A stretch of DNA of 64,000 nucleotides from Ilumatobacter sp. (GCF_046290335.1 NZ_JBKAGH010000009.1:65869-129868), one strand, 5' to 3'. Counted from the first letter of the stretch, positions 18,839-29,521 are shown. Made by a program: numbers and translations. Notes: generated by a model from the letters alone, not told the origin.

Positions 18839-18984
18839 GTCTCACTAGCTATCACCTCACAGGGGAATCGTGCGACCATCGGAATCGTGCGACCATCGGC
18901 GAGAGCACCGCACGTCGGAACCGCCGACGCTCGTCCTCTATGCTGAGTGACTGGAGCGACCAGCCTCGCTCAGCCGCCGCAACG

Positions 18985-20313
18985 ATGTCCGACGTCCTTC
19001 CCCAGATCATCCTCGTGGTGGTGCTCGTCTTCGTCAACGCAGCCTTCGCCGGTACCGAACTCGCCTTGGTGTCGCTGCGTGAAGGGCAGCTCCAACGTCT
19101 CGAAGCCCGATCGGCGACCGGCGCCCTCCTCGCTCGCCTGGCCCGCCAACCCAACCAGTTCCTGGCGACCATTCAGATCGGCATCACGCTCGCGGGCTTC
19201 CTCGCCTCAGCGGCAGCTGCCGTCTCGCTCGCCGAACCGCTCGAGGAGCCTCTCGACTTCCTTGGTGGCGCAGCCCGTCCGGCCTCGATCATCGTGGTGA
19301 CGCTGATCCTGTCGTACCTGACCCTGGTGTTCGGCGAACTGGCACCGAAACGGGTTGCCATGCAGCGCGCCGAGAAGTGGGGCATGGTCATGGCCCGCCC
19401 GCTCGCGGTGCTGTCGACGATCACCCGCCCCGTGGTGTGGCTGTTGTCGAAGTCGACCGACGTCGCCGTGAAGCTGATGGGAGGCGACCCGCACCGCCAG
19501 CGAGAAGAGGTCACCGAAGAGGAACTGCGCGACATGGTCGCAGCGCAAGACAGCTTCACGCCGGAGCAGCGACAGATCATCGACGGCGCCTTCCAGATCG
19601 TCGAGCGCACGCTCAGCGAGGTGCTGATCCCGCGCAGCGACGTGTTCGTCCTCGACTCGACCTGGACGTGCGAACGGGCGCTGACCGCGCTCGCCGAGTC
19701 GGGACACACGCGGGCGCCGGTCGCACCGAACCGCAATCTCGACGAGGTGCTCGGCTTCGTCCACCTCCGCCAGTTGCTCGACTGCGGCGACCGCCTCGTC
19801 ACCGAGACCCCGATGACGACCGCCGCGTTCCCCGACGCCGCACGAGTGCTCACGGCCATGCGCGAACTCCAACTCCAACGACTCCAGATCGCACTCGTGA
19901 TCAACGAGCACGGCGGCGCGGCCGGCATCGTCACCGTCGAGGACCTGATCGAGGAGCTGGTCGGCGAGATCTACGACGAGACCGATCCCGACCACGTCAC
20001 GGTCCGGCACGAAGCCGACGGCACGCTCGTGCTGCCGGGCCGCTATCCGATCCACGACCTCCCCGACATCGGGGTCGAACTGCCGTCGGGCAACTACGCG
20101 ACGGTCGCCGGCTTGATCCTCGACCGGCTGGGCCACATCCCGAAGGTCGGCGACCTCGTGCCCGTCGACGGATGGATCCTCGAGGTCCGCGCGATGAACG
20201 GTCACTCGATCGCCGACGTCGCCGTGGTTCGCAGCGCGTCCGAGGAGACCGACGACACCGACGCCGCCGGCGCGACCTCAGTCGGCGCGAACGGCGTCGA
20301 TGATGATCTGTGA
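18985..20313 (+). CDS. Hemolysin/CNNM family protein (DUF21, CBS pair, CorC/HlyC)
   Basis: FAGTELALVSLR, TIQIGIT, FGELAPKRVA, VINEHGGAAGIVTVEDLIEELVGEIYDE, YATVAG. Confidence 0.9.
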   Translation: MSDVLPQIILVVVLVFVNAAFAGTELALVSLREGQLQRLEARSATGALLARLARQPNQFLATIQIGITLAGFLASAAAAVSLAEPLEEPLDFLGGAARPASIIVVTLILSYLTLVFGELAPKRVAMQRAEKWGMVMARPLAVLSTITRPVVWLLSKSTDVAVKLMGGDPHRQREEVTEEELRDMVAAQDSFTPEQRQIIDGAFQIVERTLSEVLIPRSDVFVLDSTWTCERALTALAESGHTRAPVAPNRNLDEVLGFVHLRQLLDCGDRLVTETPMTTAAFPDAARVLTAMRELQLQRLQIALVINEHGGAAGIVTVEDLIEELVGEIYDETDPDHVTVRHEADGTLVLPGRYPIHDLPDIGVELPSGNYATVAGLILDRLGHIPKVGDLVPVDGWILEVRAMNGHSIADVAVVRSASEETDDTDAAGATSVGANGVDDDL

Positions 20314-21198
20314 CAGCTGCGGCGCGGCGTCTTCCTGAAAGAAGTGGTGCGCTCCCGCGACGGTGACGTGCGGACTGCGGGCAGCCCCCGGCACGACCTT
20401 GCGGAACGGGGCGTCACCTCCGGCCGTGACCGGGTCGCCGTCGCTGAAGCAGGTGATGAACGGCTTGTCCCACGCTGCGAAGACCTCCCAGGCAGCGAGA
20501 TTCGCCGGTACCGCCGGATCGTCGGCTGATGTCGGCACCAACGACGGGAAGATGCGCGCCCCCTCCTTGTACGTCTCGTCGGGGAACGGCGCGTCGTAGG
20601 CCGACACCTCGGCATCGCTGAGCACCGTGTTCGTGGCTCCCTGGAGGATCTGGCCGATCGGGAACACCGGCGACTCCTGACTGAACTTCTGCCACGCGAG
20701 GAAGGCGTCGCTCGGCGTGCCCTGGCCGTTCGGCAGACCGGTGTTGCCGATCACGACGCGAGCGAATCGATCCGGGTGCTCGGCGACGAGGCGCAGCCCG
20801 ACGAGTCCGCCCCAGTCCTGTCCGAAGAAGGTGGCGTCGCGCAGGTCGAGGTGATCGACGATCACTTCCTGCATCCAGGCGACGTGGCGGGCATAGGTGT
20901 AGTCGCTCTTGCGTGTCGGCTTGTCGCTCTTGCCGAAGCCGACCAGATCGGGAGCGACGACACGCAGGCCCGCGTCGACCAGCACCGGGATCATCTTGCG
21001 ATAGAGGTAGCTCCACGACGGCTCGCCGTGCATGCACAACACGACGGGTCCGTCCGCGGGACCCTCGTCGAGGTAGTGGACGCGCAGCACGCCTCCGGGC
21101 TCCTCGTCGTCGCGGTCCGAGATCTCGACGTAGTTCGGCTCGAACGGATAGTCGACCAGATCGGCGAACCGTTCGTCAGGTGTGCGCAGTGCGTGCAT
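20278..21198 (-). CDS. Haloalkane dehalogenase (alpha/beta hydrolase)
   Basis: LRTPDERF, HYLDEG, HGEPSWSYLYRKMI, DLVGFGKSDKP, nucleophile motif QDWGG, AHHFFQED. Confidence 0.9.
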   Translation of the reverse strand: MHALRTPDERFADLVDYPFEPNYVEISDRDDEEPGGVLRVHYLDEGPADGPVVLCMHGEPSWSYLYRKMIPVLVDAGLRVVAPDLVGFGKSDKPTRKSDYTYARHVAWMQEVIVDHLDLRDATFFGQDWGGLVGLRLVAEHPDRFARVVIGNTGLPNGQGTPSDAFLAWQKFSQESPVFPIGQILQGATNTVLSDAEVSAYDAPFPDETYKEGARIFPSLVPTSADDPAVPANLAAWEVFAAWDKPFITCFSDGDPVTAGGDAPFRKVVPGAARSPHVTVAGAHHFFQEDAAPQLSQIIIDAVRAD

Positions 21199-21217
21199 GT
21201 CGTCTCCATGTGCTGGG

Positions 21218-21250
21218 CGTAACGGTTTGTGTCAGACACAAACCGTTACG
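21218..21250. repeat. Perfect odd-length palindrome (16-bp arms, central A)
   Basis: CGTAACGGTTTGTGTC-A-GACACAAACCGTTACG, intergenic. Confidence 0.85.
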
Positions 21251-21270
21251 GGCGTCGTGGCGGTGGTGGG

Positions 21271-22140
21271 TCATGGAATCTCGACGCGGTGGAGGTCGTC
21301 GCCGAGTTCGATCGCGCCGTCGAAGTGGGCGGCGGCCAGCGCTTTCCAGTCGGCGCCGTCGCCTCCGGTCGGGATCGGTGGGACGTAGTGAGTGAGGACG
21401 AGCGTGCTGAGGCCTGCACGGGCGGCGGTCGCGGCAGCCTCCTCCGGCGACGAGTGGTAGTCGAGCGTGTCCTGCATCCGCTGCAGCGCGATGTTCGCGA
21501 TGATGTCCTTGCGGATCACGGTATGCACGAGCGCGTCGGCGCCCACACAGAGTCGGTCGAGTCCGTCGCACGGCACCGTGTCGCCGGCAACCACCACGCT
21601 GGCGTCTCCGTGATCGAAGCGATACCCGATGCTGGGTTCGACCGGCTTGTGATCGGTCTGATCACACCGAATCGTCACCGCACCGCCTTGGCCGTCGGGC
21701 AGTTCGACCGCGCCGTCGACCACTTCGATCACATGCACGGGCGGCGCGTGATCGAGGTCGTCGTGATGCGCCATGCGATAGTCGATGTCGGGAGCGAGCG
21801 ATGCCAGCAGGTGCCCCACCACCGAGCGGGTGCCGACCGGTCCCACGATCGTCAAGGGTGTTTCCGTGAACGTCATGACCCAGCGCATCGTGATCACGTC
21901 GTTGAGGTCGGTGATGTGATCGCTGTGGAGATGGGTCAACAGCACCGCGTTCAGATTCGGAGCACCGAGCCCGCAAGCAGCAAGTCGCATCAACACGCCG
22001 CGGCCCGCATCGACGAGGTAGTGCTCGGCGTCCGCGCCGTCGCCGGTCGAGATCAGCGTCGCCGGGCCGGCTCGATCGGGACTGGGCACCGGTGAGCCGG
22101 TCCCGAGCAGCGTGATGGACAACCCTGTTGCGTCGCTCAC
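21271..22140 (-). CDS. Metallo-beta-lactamase fold hydrolase (RNase Z / AtsA-like sulfatase type)
   Basis: LLGTGSP, LVDAGRG, THLHSDH, VAGDTVP, YHSS, VLTHYVP. GTGA overlap with the arylsulfatase stop. Confidence 0.82.
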   Translation of the reverse strand: MSDATGLSITLLGTGSPVPSPDRAGPATLISTGDGADAEHYLVDAGRGVLMRLAACGLGAPNLNAVLLTHLHSDHITDLNDVITMRWVMTFTETPLTIVGPVGTRSVVGHLLASLAPDIDYRMAHHDDLDHAPPVHVIEVVDGAVELPDGQGGAVTIRCDQTDHKPVEPSIGYRFDHGDASVVVAGDTVPCDGLDRLCVGADALVHTVIRKDIIANIALQRMQDTLDYHSSPEEAAATAARAGLSTLVLTHYVPPIPTGGDGADWKALAAAHFDGAIELGDDLHRVEIP

Positions 22141-24413
22141 TGCCGGCTCATCTCGCTCGCGGCCTCGGCGTCGAGCGCTTCGGCATCCTGTCGGCTCAGG
22201 AGTTGGATGACCACCTCGTGCAGTTCACCGGCGAAGGGGAACGGCGCCGAGTACCGCGTCGACACCGGCGAGCCGTGGTCGTAGCCGATGCTCGGTCCGA
22301 CCGATGACATCATCCGCATGAACAGGTCGAGATCCGCGGAGCCAGCCGGCACACCGTCGACCGCGACCGACATCGAACCGGTCATCCCGGAGCGGCGACG
22401 CACCCGAACGGTGACGGTGCAGTCGCCGGGTGGAAGGTCGACGTCGGACTCGAGCACCGTGTGTTCGTCGAACGCGTTGTAGTCGACGACGAGCCGGTCG
22501 TGCTGGACGAACACCGACAGCCCCGAGTTCTCCGTCCCGGTCGCGAAGATCACGCCGTCGTCGCCGTGCGAACGGGTGACGCTCGCGGTCAGATCGAACG
22601 AGCGACCGGCGATCGCCGCCGACGCCTGTCCGGGCATCGGCGACATCGGTGGGCGATACACGTAGCGGCGGTCGGGCGGGTGCGGCGAGTTCGGACGGAA
22701 ACGAGCGCCGAACAGCTCGACCAGCCGGTCGTCGAGCGGGAGCACGCCATGTCGATCGGCCTCCTGCCACCACAGCTCGATCAGCTCGGCCAACTTCTCC
22801 GGGTGCGCGTCGGCGAGGTCGTTGCACTCCGACCAGTCGTCGCTCAACCGGTACAGCTCCCACGTCTCGGTGTCGTAGTCGGCACCCGGCTGGTGCTTGC
22901 ACACGGCCTTCCACGAGACGTCACCGTCGGTCGCGACCAACGCACGGCTACCCGCCATCTCGAAGTACTGCAGGGTGTTGGCCGCAGGCGCTGCTGCGTC
23001 GTCGAACACGGAGGCGAACGAGCGTCCCGTCACCGGCAGTTGTTCGACGCCTCGGTACGTCTCGGGCGGCGTGACGCCGACGAGGTCATAGATCGTCGGC
23101 ACGATGTCGGAGACGTTGACGAACTGGCGGCGCTGCGACCCGGCCTCGCCCTCGGGCACGAACCGCGGCGCCCGCACCACGAGCGGCACGTGGACGCCGC
23201 CTTCGTGCGTGTTCTGCTTGTACCACTTGAACGGCGTGTTGCCGCACTGCGCCCAGCCCCACGGATAGTTGGTGTGGCTGTGCGGCCCGCCGATGTCGTC
23301 GATCTTGTCGATCGCTTCGTCGGGGGTCTCGAAGATCCCGTTGAAGAACTTCATCTCGTGCATGACGCCGAACGGACCACCCTCCTGTGACGCTCCGTTG
23401 TCGGCGCAGACGATGAAGATCGTGTTGTCGAGCTGACCGAGATGGCGCAGCCCGGCGACGAGGCGGCCGATCTGAGCGTCGGTGTGGTCCAAGAACGCGG
23501 CAAACGCCTCCTGCAGTCGGGCGGCGAGGCGACGCTGATTCTCCGGGAGGTCGTCCCACGCGTCGACGCCGGGATTGCGCGGGGCGAGGCGCGTGCCCTC
23601 GGGGATCACGCCGAGTTCGAGTTGCCGCTCGAACCAGCGTTGGCGGATCACGTCCCATCCTTCGTCGAAACGGCCGCGGTACTTCTCCAGATACTCGGGC
23701 GGCGCCTGATGGGGTGCATGGGTCGCGCCGAAGGGGACGTAGGCGAAGAACGGCCGGTCAGGGCGTACGCCCTTGCTGTCGCTGACCATGGTCAACAACT
23801 GATCGACGAGGTCCTCGCTCACGTGGTATCCGCTATCGGGCCCACCGGGAGGCGTGATCGGATGGTTGTCGCACACCAGTTCCGGATGGAACTGGTCGGT
23901 CTCGCCTTCGAGAAATCCGTAGAAGCGGTCGAAGCCCCGCGCGAGCGGCCACTGATCGAACGGCCCGGCCGCGGAACACTGCTCCATCGGCGCGAGATGC
24001 CACTTGCCGACGCAGAAGGTGGCATAGCCCCGGTCGCGCAAGACTTCGGCGACGGTGGCGGCGTGGTTCGAGATGTGGCCGAGCTGGTTCGGAAATCCCG
24101 TTCGGAAGTTCGACACCGACCGCATCCCGACCGCGTGTTGTGAGCGCCCCGTGAGCAACGACGCACGGGTGGGTGAGCACAACGGTGTCACGTGGAAGTT
24201 CGTGAACTGGAGTCCGTCGGCGGCGAGCGCATCGACGTTGGGCGTGTCGATGTCGGAGCCGTAGCACCCGAACTGCGCGAAGCCGGTGTCGTCGAGCAGC
24301 ACGAGCACGACGTTGGGTGCGTCGTCGCCTGGATGAGGCGGCTCGTCGAACCACGCCTCCGACTCCGCGACCGTGCGGCCGATCGTTCCCTCGAAACGCG
24401 ATGGACGACTCAT
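22137..24413 (-). CDS. Arylsulfatase (formylglycine-dependent)
   Basis: LDDTGF, signature [33 protein letters not shown]. Confidence 0.92.
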   Translation of the reverse strand: MSRPSRFEGTIGRTVAESEAWFDEPPHPGDDAPNVVLVLLDDTGFAQFGCYGSDIDTPNVDALAADGLQFTNFHVTPLCSPTRASLLTGRSQHAVGMRSVSNFRTGFPNQLGHISNHAATVAEVLRDRGYATFCVGKWHLAPMEQCSAAGPFDQWPLARGFDRFYGFLEGETDQFHPELVCDNHPITPPGGPDSGYHVSEDLVDQLLTMVSDSKGVRPDRPFFAYVPFGATHAPHQAPPEYLEKYRGRFDEGWDVIRQRWFERQLELGVIPEGTRLAPRNPGVDAWDDLPENQRRLAARLQEAFAAFLDHTDAQIGRLVAGLRHLGQLDNTIFIVCADNGASQEGGPFGVMHEMKFFNGIFETPDEAIDKIDDIGGPHSHTNYPWGWAQCGNTPFKWYKQNTHEGGVHVPLVVRAPRFVPEGEAGSQRRQFVNVSDIVPTIYDLVGVTPPETYRGVEQLPVTGRSFASVFDDAAAPAANTLQYFEMAGSRALVATDGDVSWKAVCKHQPGADYDTETWELYRLSDDWSECNDLADAHPEKLAELIELWWQEADRHGVLPLDDRLVELFGARFRPNSPHPPDRRYVYRPPMSPMPGQASAAIAGRSFDLTASVTRSHGDDGVIFATGTENSGLSVFVQHDRLVVDYNAFDEHTVLESDVDLPPGDCTVTVRVRRRSGMTGSMSVAVDGVPAGSADLDLFMRMMSSVGPSIGYDHGSPVSTRYSAPFPFAGELHEVVIQLLSRQDAEALDAEAASEMSRQ

Positions 24414-24563
24414 CGCGAGCACCTTAAACGGTTCGACAATGAATTGCGAGTAGTAATCTCATAACCAGAGGGAGCGGCCCGGAGCCACCGCCGGGATGCG
24501 ATGATGACCAACGGTTCGAGATCGTCTCGAACGCCCTGTCGCCCACGGAAACGGAGCACCACC

Positions 24564-24785
24564 ATGTCGTCCCTCTTCGAGATCGACACCACCGCGTCGA
24601 TGACCCGCGAGCAAGCTGCTGCTCAGCTCCGCAAGATCGCGGACCAACTCGAACGCCACAACGAACTGGAGTTCACCCGCGAAGGTCTGCGCTACACCGT
24701 CGACGTCGCCGACCAGGTCACGGTCGAGATCGAACTCGAGATCGGCGCCGACGGCAACGAGTTGGAGATCGAGATCACGTGGTGA
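24564..24785 (+). CDS. Amphi-Trp domain-like small acidic protein
   Basis: 73 aa; MTREQAAAQLRKIADQL and C-terminal ELEIEITW; ggag RBS. Confidence 0.75.
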   Translation: MSSLFEIDTTASMTREQAAAQLRKIADQLERHNELEFTREGLRYTVDVADQVTVEIELEIGADGNELEIEITW

Positions 24786-24824
24786 GCTGACGCCACTCCG
24801 ACCGCACGTCAGACCGTCACGCAC

Positions 24825-24870
24825 CATCACCGCGCAGCATCACCCGGCGCGGCATCACCGCGCAGCATCA
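24825..24870. repeat. Imperfect 13-15 bp tandem repeats, intergenic
   Basis: catcaccgcgcag / catcacccggcgcgg / catcaccgcgcag / catca. Confidence 0.65.
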
Positions 24871-25009
24871 TCGGGCCAGGCCGCGTGCGACATCACCGCA
24901 CGAGACCACCGCGTCAGCTCACGATGCGGGACAGCGGCGCACCGCACCTCGGGATGGAACTCGTTGCTCGGTGGGGTGAGGGCGATCGTCGGCGCTCCAT
25001 ACTGAACCG

Positions 25010-26065
25010 GTGACTGGAACACCCGCCGAGACGCGTGCCGACACCACGGGGAGCCCGACCTACGACGCGCTCTGCGTGGTGAGTTTCGGCGGGCCGAACG
25101 GTCCCGACGACGTGATGCCGTTCCTGCGAAACGTCACGGCCGGCCGCAACGTCCCCGACGAACGGCTCGCGGTCGTGGCCGAGCAGTACGAACAGTTCGG
25201 CGGGCGCTCGCCGATCAACGAACAGAACCTCGCGCTCATCGACGCCCTGCGAACCGAGTTCGAGCAGCACGGCATCGAGCTGCCGATCTACTTCGGCAAC
25301 CGCAACTGGGAGCCGTACCTGAGCGACACCGTCGCGCAGATGGCCGACGACGGGGTGCAGCGAGCACTGGTGTTGGCGACCTCGGCGTTCTCGTCGTACA
25401 GCGGCTGTCGGCAGTATCGAGAAGATCTCCAACAGGCGAGCGCCACGGTCGGCGACCGAGCACCCGAGCTCCACAAGCTCCGGCTGTACTACAACCATCC
25501 GGGGTTCATCGACGCCGTCGAAGCACGGATCGCCGAGGTTCACCGGCCCGGGGCGCGCCTCGTGTTCACCGCGCATTCGATCCCGCTGTCGATGGCGCGG
25601 TGGTGTGACTACGAGTCCCAACTGAACGAGATGGCCGCGCTCCTCGCCGAGCGTGCCGGCGCCGAGTGGGACCTCGCGTTCCAGAGCCGCAGCGGGCCGC
25701 CGCAGGTCCCGTGGCTCGAACCCGACATCAACGACCATCTCGTCGCCCTCGCCGAATCCGGCGTCACCGACGTGACCCTCGTGCCGCTCGGCTTCATCAG
25801 CGATCACATGGAAGTGCAGTTCGACCTCGACCATCAGGCAGCGCAGACCGCTGCCGACGCCGGGATCGACCTGCGGCGCGCACCCACGGTCGGAACGCAT
25901 CCCACCTTCGTCAGCGGGTTGCGCCAGCTCGTCGAGGAGAAGATCGCCGACGGCCCGGTGCTGTGGGTCGGCGACGCCGGGCCGTGGCCCGACCCGTGCC
26001 CCGACGGCCACTGCCTCGCCCCACCCGGCACCGAGCCCACCGGCAGACCGGGTCGACCGACGTAA
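25010..26065 (+). CDS. hemH: Ferrochelatase (likely coproporphyrin-type in Actinobacteria)
   Basis: SFGGPNGPDDVMPFLRNV, GGRSPIN, GNRNWEP, FTAHSIP, FQSRSG, PWLEPD, GFISDHMEV. Confidence 0.92.
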   Translation: MTGTPAETRADTTGSPTYDALCVVSFGGPNGPDDVMPFLRNVTAGRNVPDERLAVVAEQYEQFGGRSPINEQNLALIDALRTEFEQHGIELPIYFGNRNWEPYLSDTVAQMADDGVQRALVLATSAFSSYSGCRQYREDLQQASATVGDRAPELHKLRLYYNHPGFIDAVEARIAEVHRPGARLVFTAHSIPLSMARWCDYESQLNEMAALLAERAGAEWDLAFQSRSGPPQVPWLEPDINDHLVALAESGVTDVTLVPLGFISDHMEVQFDLDHQAAQTAADAGIDLRRAPTVGTHPTFVSGLRQLVEEKIADGPVLWVGDAGPWPDPCPDGHCLAPPGTEPTGRPGRPT

Positions 26066-26132
26066 CCAACCGGCTACCAACCGGCTCGACCGCTGGTGCT
26101 CGAACCAGGTCAGGAGCGATCGCCCACCGCGC

Positions 26133-27350
26133 TCAGGGGGTGCGGGTGACGACCGTCGTGTCCTGGGCGACCATGTAGTCGTAGTGATAGCTCATGTACG
26201 ACGGGTTCCCGAAGTAGAACGTGAGGTCGAACACTTCCGGTCGGGCGATGTCGAGCGTGGCGAGATGCAGATCGTCCGGGATCGATTCACTGATCCACGT
26301 GCCGTCGTGGTCGCGTACTTCGTACACATCGTTCGCCCCGTCGAGGAAGTGGATGGTGTCGGGGTACGGGAAACCATGGTCCGGGTCCGTGCCGCCGTCA
26401 CAGATCTCGACACCATCGATCGACCCGAACTGCCGATGGCCGCTCGAGTAGGTCAGGACGAACGGGACCGGCTCGAACGTCCAAGCCTGAGCAGCAGCGT
26501 CATCGTTCCCGCTGAAGGAAAGGCACGAGCCCACGATCTCGGCCACGTCGGCGCCAACGGGGAGATCGACACCGAACCAGACACTGTCGCCGTTGCCGAC
26601 ACCGGTCGGAGCGTCGCCGAACAGAGCCGTCACCGTCGACTGGAACGTCAGTCCGACGAGTTGGACCGCCGGCGCCCCATCCGCCCCGTCGACGCCCGGT
26701 GCGCCGTCGGCACCGTCGACTCCGTCCTTCCCGTCGACTCCGTCCTTGCCATCGACGCCGTTGTCGCCGTCGGCTCCGTCCTTGCCGTCGGCTCCCGCTG
26801 GCCCGGCCGGACCGGTCTTGCCCACCGCTCCGGTGACCCCGGCTCCACTGAGCGTGTGGTAGCCGCCGATGTCGACGATGACGTGCGTCGGAACCGACGC
26901 GTGCAGTTCGAACGTGCCCTTGGCCGACAACTTCACCGTGGTGGTGTTGGCGATGGCCGATCGGGTGCCGTCGAAGTTCAACGACGACACCTTGCTCTGT
27001 TCGCCGTCGGGCCACGCCGACAGGAACCCTCGATCCGCGTGGCCGACGGCGGTCAACGTCAGCGTCACCGCGATGGCATCGGCAGGCACGTCGCAATCGC
27101 CACCCACCACCTCGATCGTCCGCGTTTCCGCGTCGGCGAACGCCCGATCCTCGTCACGAGTGTCGTGGAGTCGACAACCGTCGATCGGCGTGAAGGTGGA
27201 CGCGGTCGAGGCTCCTTCGGCCGAGGCGAAGAGCGCTCCACCCGCCCCCAACGACACCGCCAGCGCTGCGCCGACCGCTGCCCAACGCGAGCGACTCGGG
27301 ACAGGATGGGAGGCACGCTGGGTACGACCGGAACCGCGCTGACGAATCAT
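26133..27350 (-). CDS. Secreted protein with a central collagen-like Gly-X-Y stalk
   Basis: Signal-peptide-like N-terminus; domain TFTPIDGCRLHDTR...NFD...IANTTTV...HVIVDIGGY; 19 G-X-Y triplets; unrecognised acidic/aromatic C-terminal domain. Confidence 0.8.
   Translation of the reverse strand: MIRQRGSGRTQRASHPVPSRSRWAAVGAALAVSLGAGGALFASAEGASTASTFTPIDGCRLHDTRDEDRAFADAETRTIEVVGGDCDVPADAIAVTLTLTAVGHADRGFLSAWPDGEQSKVSSLNFDGTRSAIANTTTVKLSAKGTFELHASVPTHVIVDIGGYHTLSGAGVTGAVGKTGPAGPAGADGKDGADGDNGVDGKDGVDGKDGVDGADGAPGVDGADGAPAVQLVGLTFQSTVTALFGDAPTGVGNGDSVWFGVDLPVGADVAEIVGSCLSFSGNDDAAAQAWTFEPVPFVLTYSSGHRQFGSIDGVEICDGGTDPDHGFPYPDTIHFLDGANDVYEVRDHDGTWISESIPDDLHLATLDIARPEVFDLTFYFGNPSYMSYHYDYMVAQDTTVVTRTP
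26670..26840 (-). repeat. Collagen-like repeat (G-X-Y x19)
   Basis: GVTGAVGKTGPAGPAGADGKDGADGDNGVDGKDGVDGKDGVDGADGAPGVDGADGAP. Confidence 0.9.
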
Positions 27351-27506
27351 GCACCCCGACCGTGCCAAGCGTTCGGGCCCGCGCACGAAACCGACGAGAT
27401 TCACGTATCGGAATCATCAGCCATGGCGCTCATGAACCGTTCGGAGATACACCCGGCGGCCGATTCGTGCTGAACTGTCGTGGACAGCACGATCGAGGAG
27501 ACCACG

Positions 27507-28286
27507 ATGACCACGACCGCGAACACGACCAAGAATCCGACCGAGAACACGACGCAACTCGAGCGTCGAACGTACCCCGACACCGGCGCCAAGCCCGCGC
27601 CCGACCTGCATCCGCGCGGCGTGAACCACCTGGCGATCTCGACCGCCGACATGAAGACCCAACTCACGTTCTGGAGCGACGTGCTGGGCTGTCCGACCAA
27701 GGCGCTCTACTGGATGCACGGCGTCCCGAACACGTTCCACGGCTTCGTCGAGTTGGCTCCCGACAGCTACATCGCCTTCGTCCAGACGCCGGCCAACCCG
27801 ACGGAGCCGCAGTGGGGTATCAGCCACGCGGGCAACGCCGGCGACCCGGTGACGGCCGGCGCGATGCAGCATCTCGCGCTGCACGTCGACAGCCTCGACG
27901 AACTCCTCACGATGCGCGACCGCATTCGCCATCACGGCATCCAGGTGATGGGGCCGATCGACCACGGGTTCTGCCAGTCGATCTACTTCGGCGGCCCAGA
28001 GCACCTCGCGCTGGAAGTCACGACGGGCTCGGCGATCGATGCGTCCCAGTGGATCGACCCCGAGGTCCAAGGCCTGTGCGGCATCAGCAACGACGAACTC
28101 GCCCGGCTCATGCGACCGGACGAGTTCGAGCGTCCCGACGAGGCAGTCTCACAGCCGCCGTACGACCCGGATCTTCCGAACCTGCACTATCCGGAGGTGA
28201 TCCGCGACGCGCTCATGGGGATGCCCGACGCGGAGATGTGGTCGAAGGTCAGTTTCCCCGACCCGCCGGTAGCGCCGGCGGAGTGA
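27507..28286 (+). CDS. VOC/glyoxalase family protein
   Basis: GVNHLAIS, MQHLALHV, DHGFCQSIYF, LEVT; gaggag RBS. Confidence 0.82.
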   Translation: MTTTANTTKNPTENTTQLERRTYPDTGAKPAPDLHPRGVNHLAISTADMKTQLTFWSDVLGCPTKALYWMHGVPNTFHGFVELAPDSYIAFVQTPANPTEPQWGISHAGNAGDPVTAGAMQHLALHVDSLDELLTMRDRIRHHGIQVMGPIDHGFCQSIYFGGPEHLALEVTTGSAIDASQWIDPEVQGLCGISNDELARLMRPDEFERPDEAVSQPPYDPDLPNLHYPEVIRDALMGMPDAEMWSKVSFPDPPVAPAE

Positions 28287-28605
28287 CGACGCGACCGGCG
28301 CCGTTCCCGTCTCGATCATCTCGATCGAACCCATCCCCGCAGTCGCCTCCACGCTCCCGTCGAGAATCGACGATCGGCGCCACCGAGCACCACGGGTCAG
28401 CCCAGCCGTGTTCGACGATGTACCGACCCATGTCGTCGAGCCAGCGGTCGAGTCGGATGCGCATGGCCGAGATCATCGACGACGCGAGTGGCGTCGAGAT
28501 GGAGCCGAGCTTGCGTCGAGGTGGCGCGTCGGCGAACGCTGGATGAATCGCACCGTCGACGCTCCGAGGCGAGCACCGCACCGACGACCGACGATGATGA
28601 CGGGC

Positions 28606-29142
28606 ATGACGGAGGCCGACGGCGACGACACGAGCGAGTACACCGACAGCTACGAAGACGTCTCGATGTTCACGCTGTCAGACGAGCGCGAGCAGACGCT
28701 GCTCGACACGCAGACCGAGTGCACATTCATGTGGTCGACGCGCGATGGCGATCCGGTCGGCGTGATCATGAACTTCGTCTACCTCGACGGTGCGTTCTGG
28801 CTGACCTGTACTCGGCGACGCAAACGCGTCCCGGCGATCGAGGCCCGACCTCGCGTCGCCGTCGCCATCTCGAGTCGCGGCACGAACATCGGGATCAGCC
28901 AGGCGGTCACGTACAAGGGCACGGCCACCGTGTTGGACGACGAGACGACTCGCTCGTGGTTCTACCCCGTCCTCGCGGCAAAGGTGCGGCCGGCCAACCC
29001 TGAGGCACAGGCCGCCTTCGCTGCACATCTCGACTCACCGGGGCGCGTCGTCATTCGCATCGATCCCGACGCTCGCATCGGATTCGACTCCGAGGCGATG
29101 TTCGCCAACTCCCCCGCGGGTTCGACGACGAGCAACGTCTGA
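28606..29142 (+). CDS. Pyridoxamine 5'-phosphate oxidase-like split-barrel protein (possibly F420-binding)
   Basis: ECTFMWSTRDGDPVGV, RKRVPAIEARPRVAVAI, RVVIRIDP. Start uncertain among ATG 28594, 28597 and 28606. Confidence 0.72.
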   Translation: MTEADGDDTSEYTDSYEDVSMFTLSDEREQTLLDTQTECTFMWSTRDGDPVGVIMNFVYLDGAFWLTCTRRRKRVPAIEARPRVAVAISSRGTNIGISQAVTYKGTATVLDDETTRSWFYPVLAAKVRPANPEAQAAFAAHLDSPGRVVIRIDPDARIGFDSEAMFANSPAGSTTSNV

Positions 29143-29157
29143 GTTCGTCTGAACGAT

Positions 29158-29520
29158 TCAGGCCGTCTGCGGGATCACCCGGCGGACGCGCCGGATGGTG
29201 GTGGTCCGAGTCGACCTCGAAACCGCTCGCGAGCGGAGCGGCTTGGTCGGCTTGCCGCCACGAACGGCCAACTCGATGACAGCGCGGCGATCCCGCTTCG
29301 TGCGCAACTTGGCGAACACGAGCGGTTGCTTCGAGGCCGGGTTGACCACGACGACTGGGCCGCTGCAGATGCCGACGCAGGCCAGATCGACGACCGTGCA
29401 CTGGTCGTCGAGTTCGGAGCGGAGCTTGCCGAACTCCTTGCGTTTGCGGCAATCCTTGCCCGCACACAGCGCGACGGTGGTGACGCCAGATGCCGTGACA
29501 GACAGCTTCGACGCGCCCAT
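29158..29520 (-). CDS. Thioredoxin-like [2Fe-2S] ferredoxin domain protein with a basic C-terminal tail
   Basis: CAGKDC (C-x4-C) and CVGICSGP (C-x3-C-x-GP); starts 1 nt after the ferritin-like stop. Confidence 0.75.
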   Translation of the reverse strand: MGASKLSVTASGVTTVALCAGKDCRKRKEFGKLRSELDDQCTVVDLACVGICSGPVVVVNPASKQPLVFAKLRTKRDRRAVIELAVRGGKPTKPLRSRAVSRSTRTTTIRRVRRVIPQTA

Positions 29521-29521
29521 G

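Noticed and set aside
17060-18946. 628-aa plus-strand ORF
   Set aside because: Antisense shadow of the GH13 gene; Arg/Pro-rich with no motifs, typical of high-GC DNA.
20278-20313. 3' overlaps of convergent genes (36 bp here; 22 bp at 8687-8708)
   Set aside because: Short tail-to-tail overlaps are common in compact high-GC genomes; no sign of function.
24421-24470. AT-rich stretch with a weak Fur-like inverted repeat upstream of the arylsulfatase
   Set aside because: Poor symmetry and consensus match; most likely just promoter DNA.
26066-26090. Short direct repeat ACCAACCGGCT x2 after hemH
   Set aside because: Only two copies and no other occurrence noticed.
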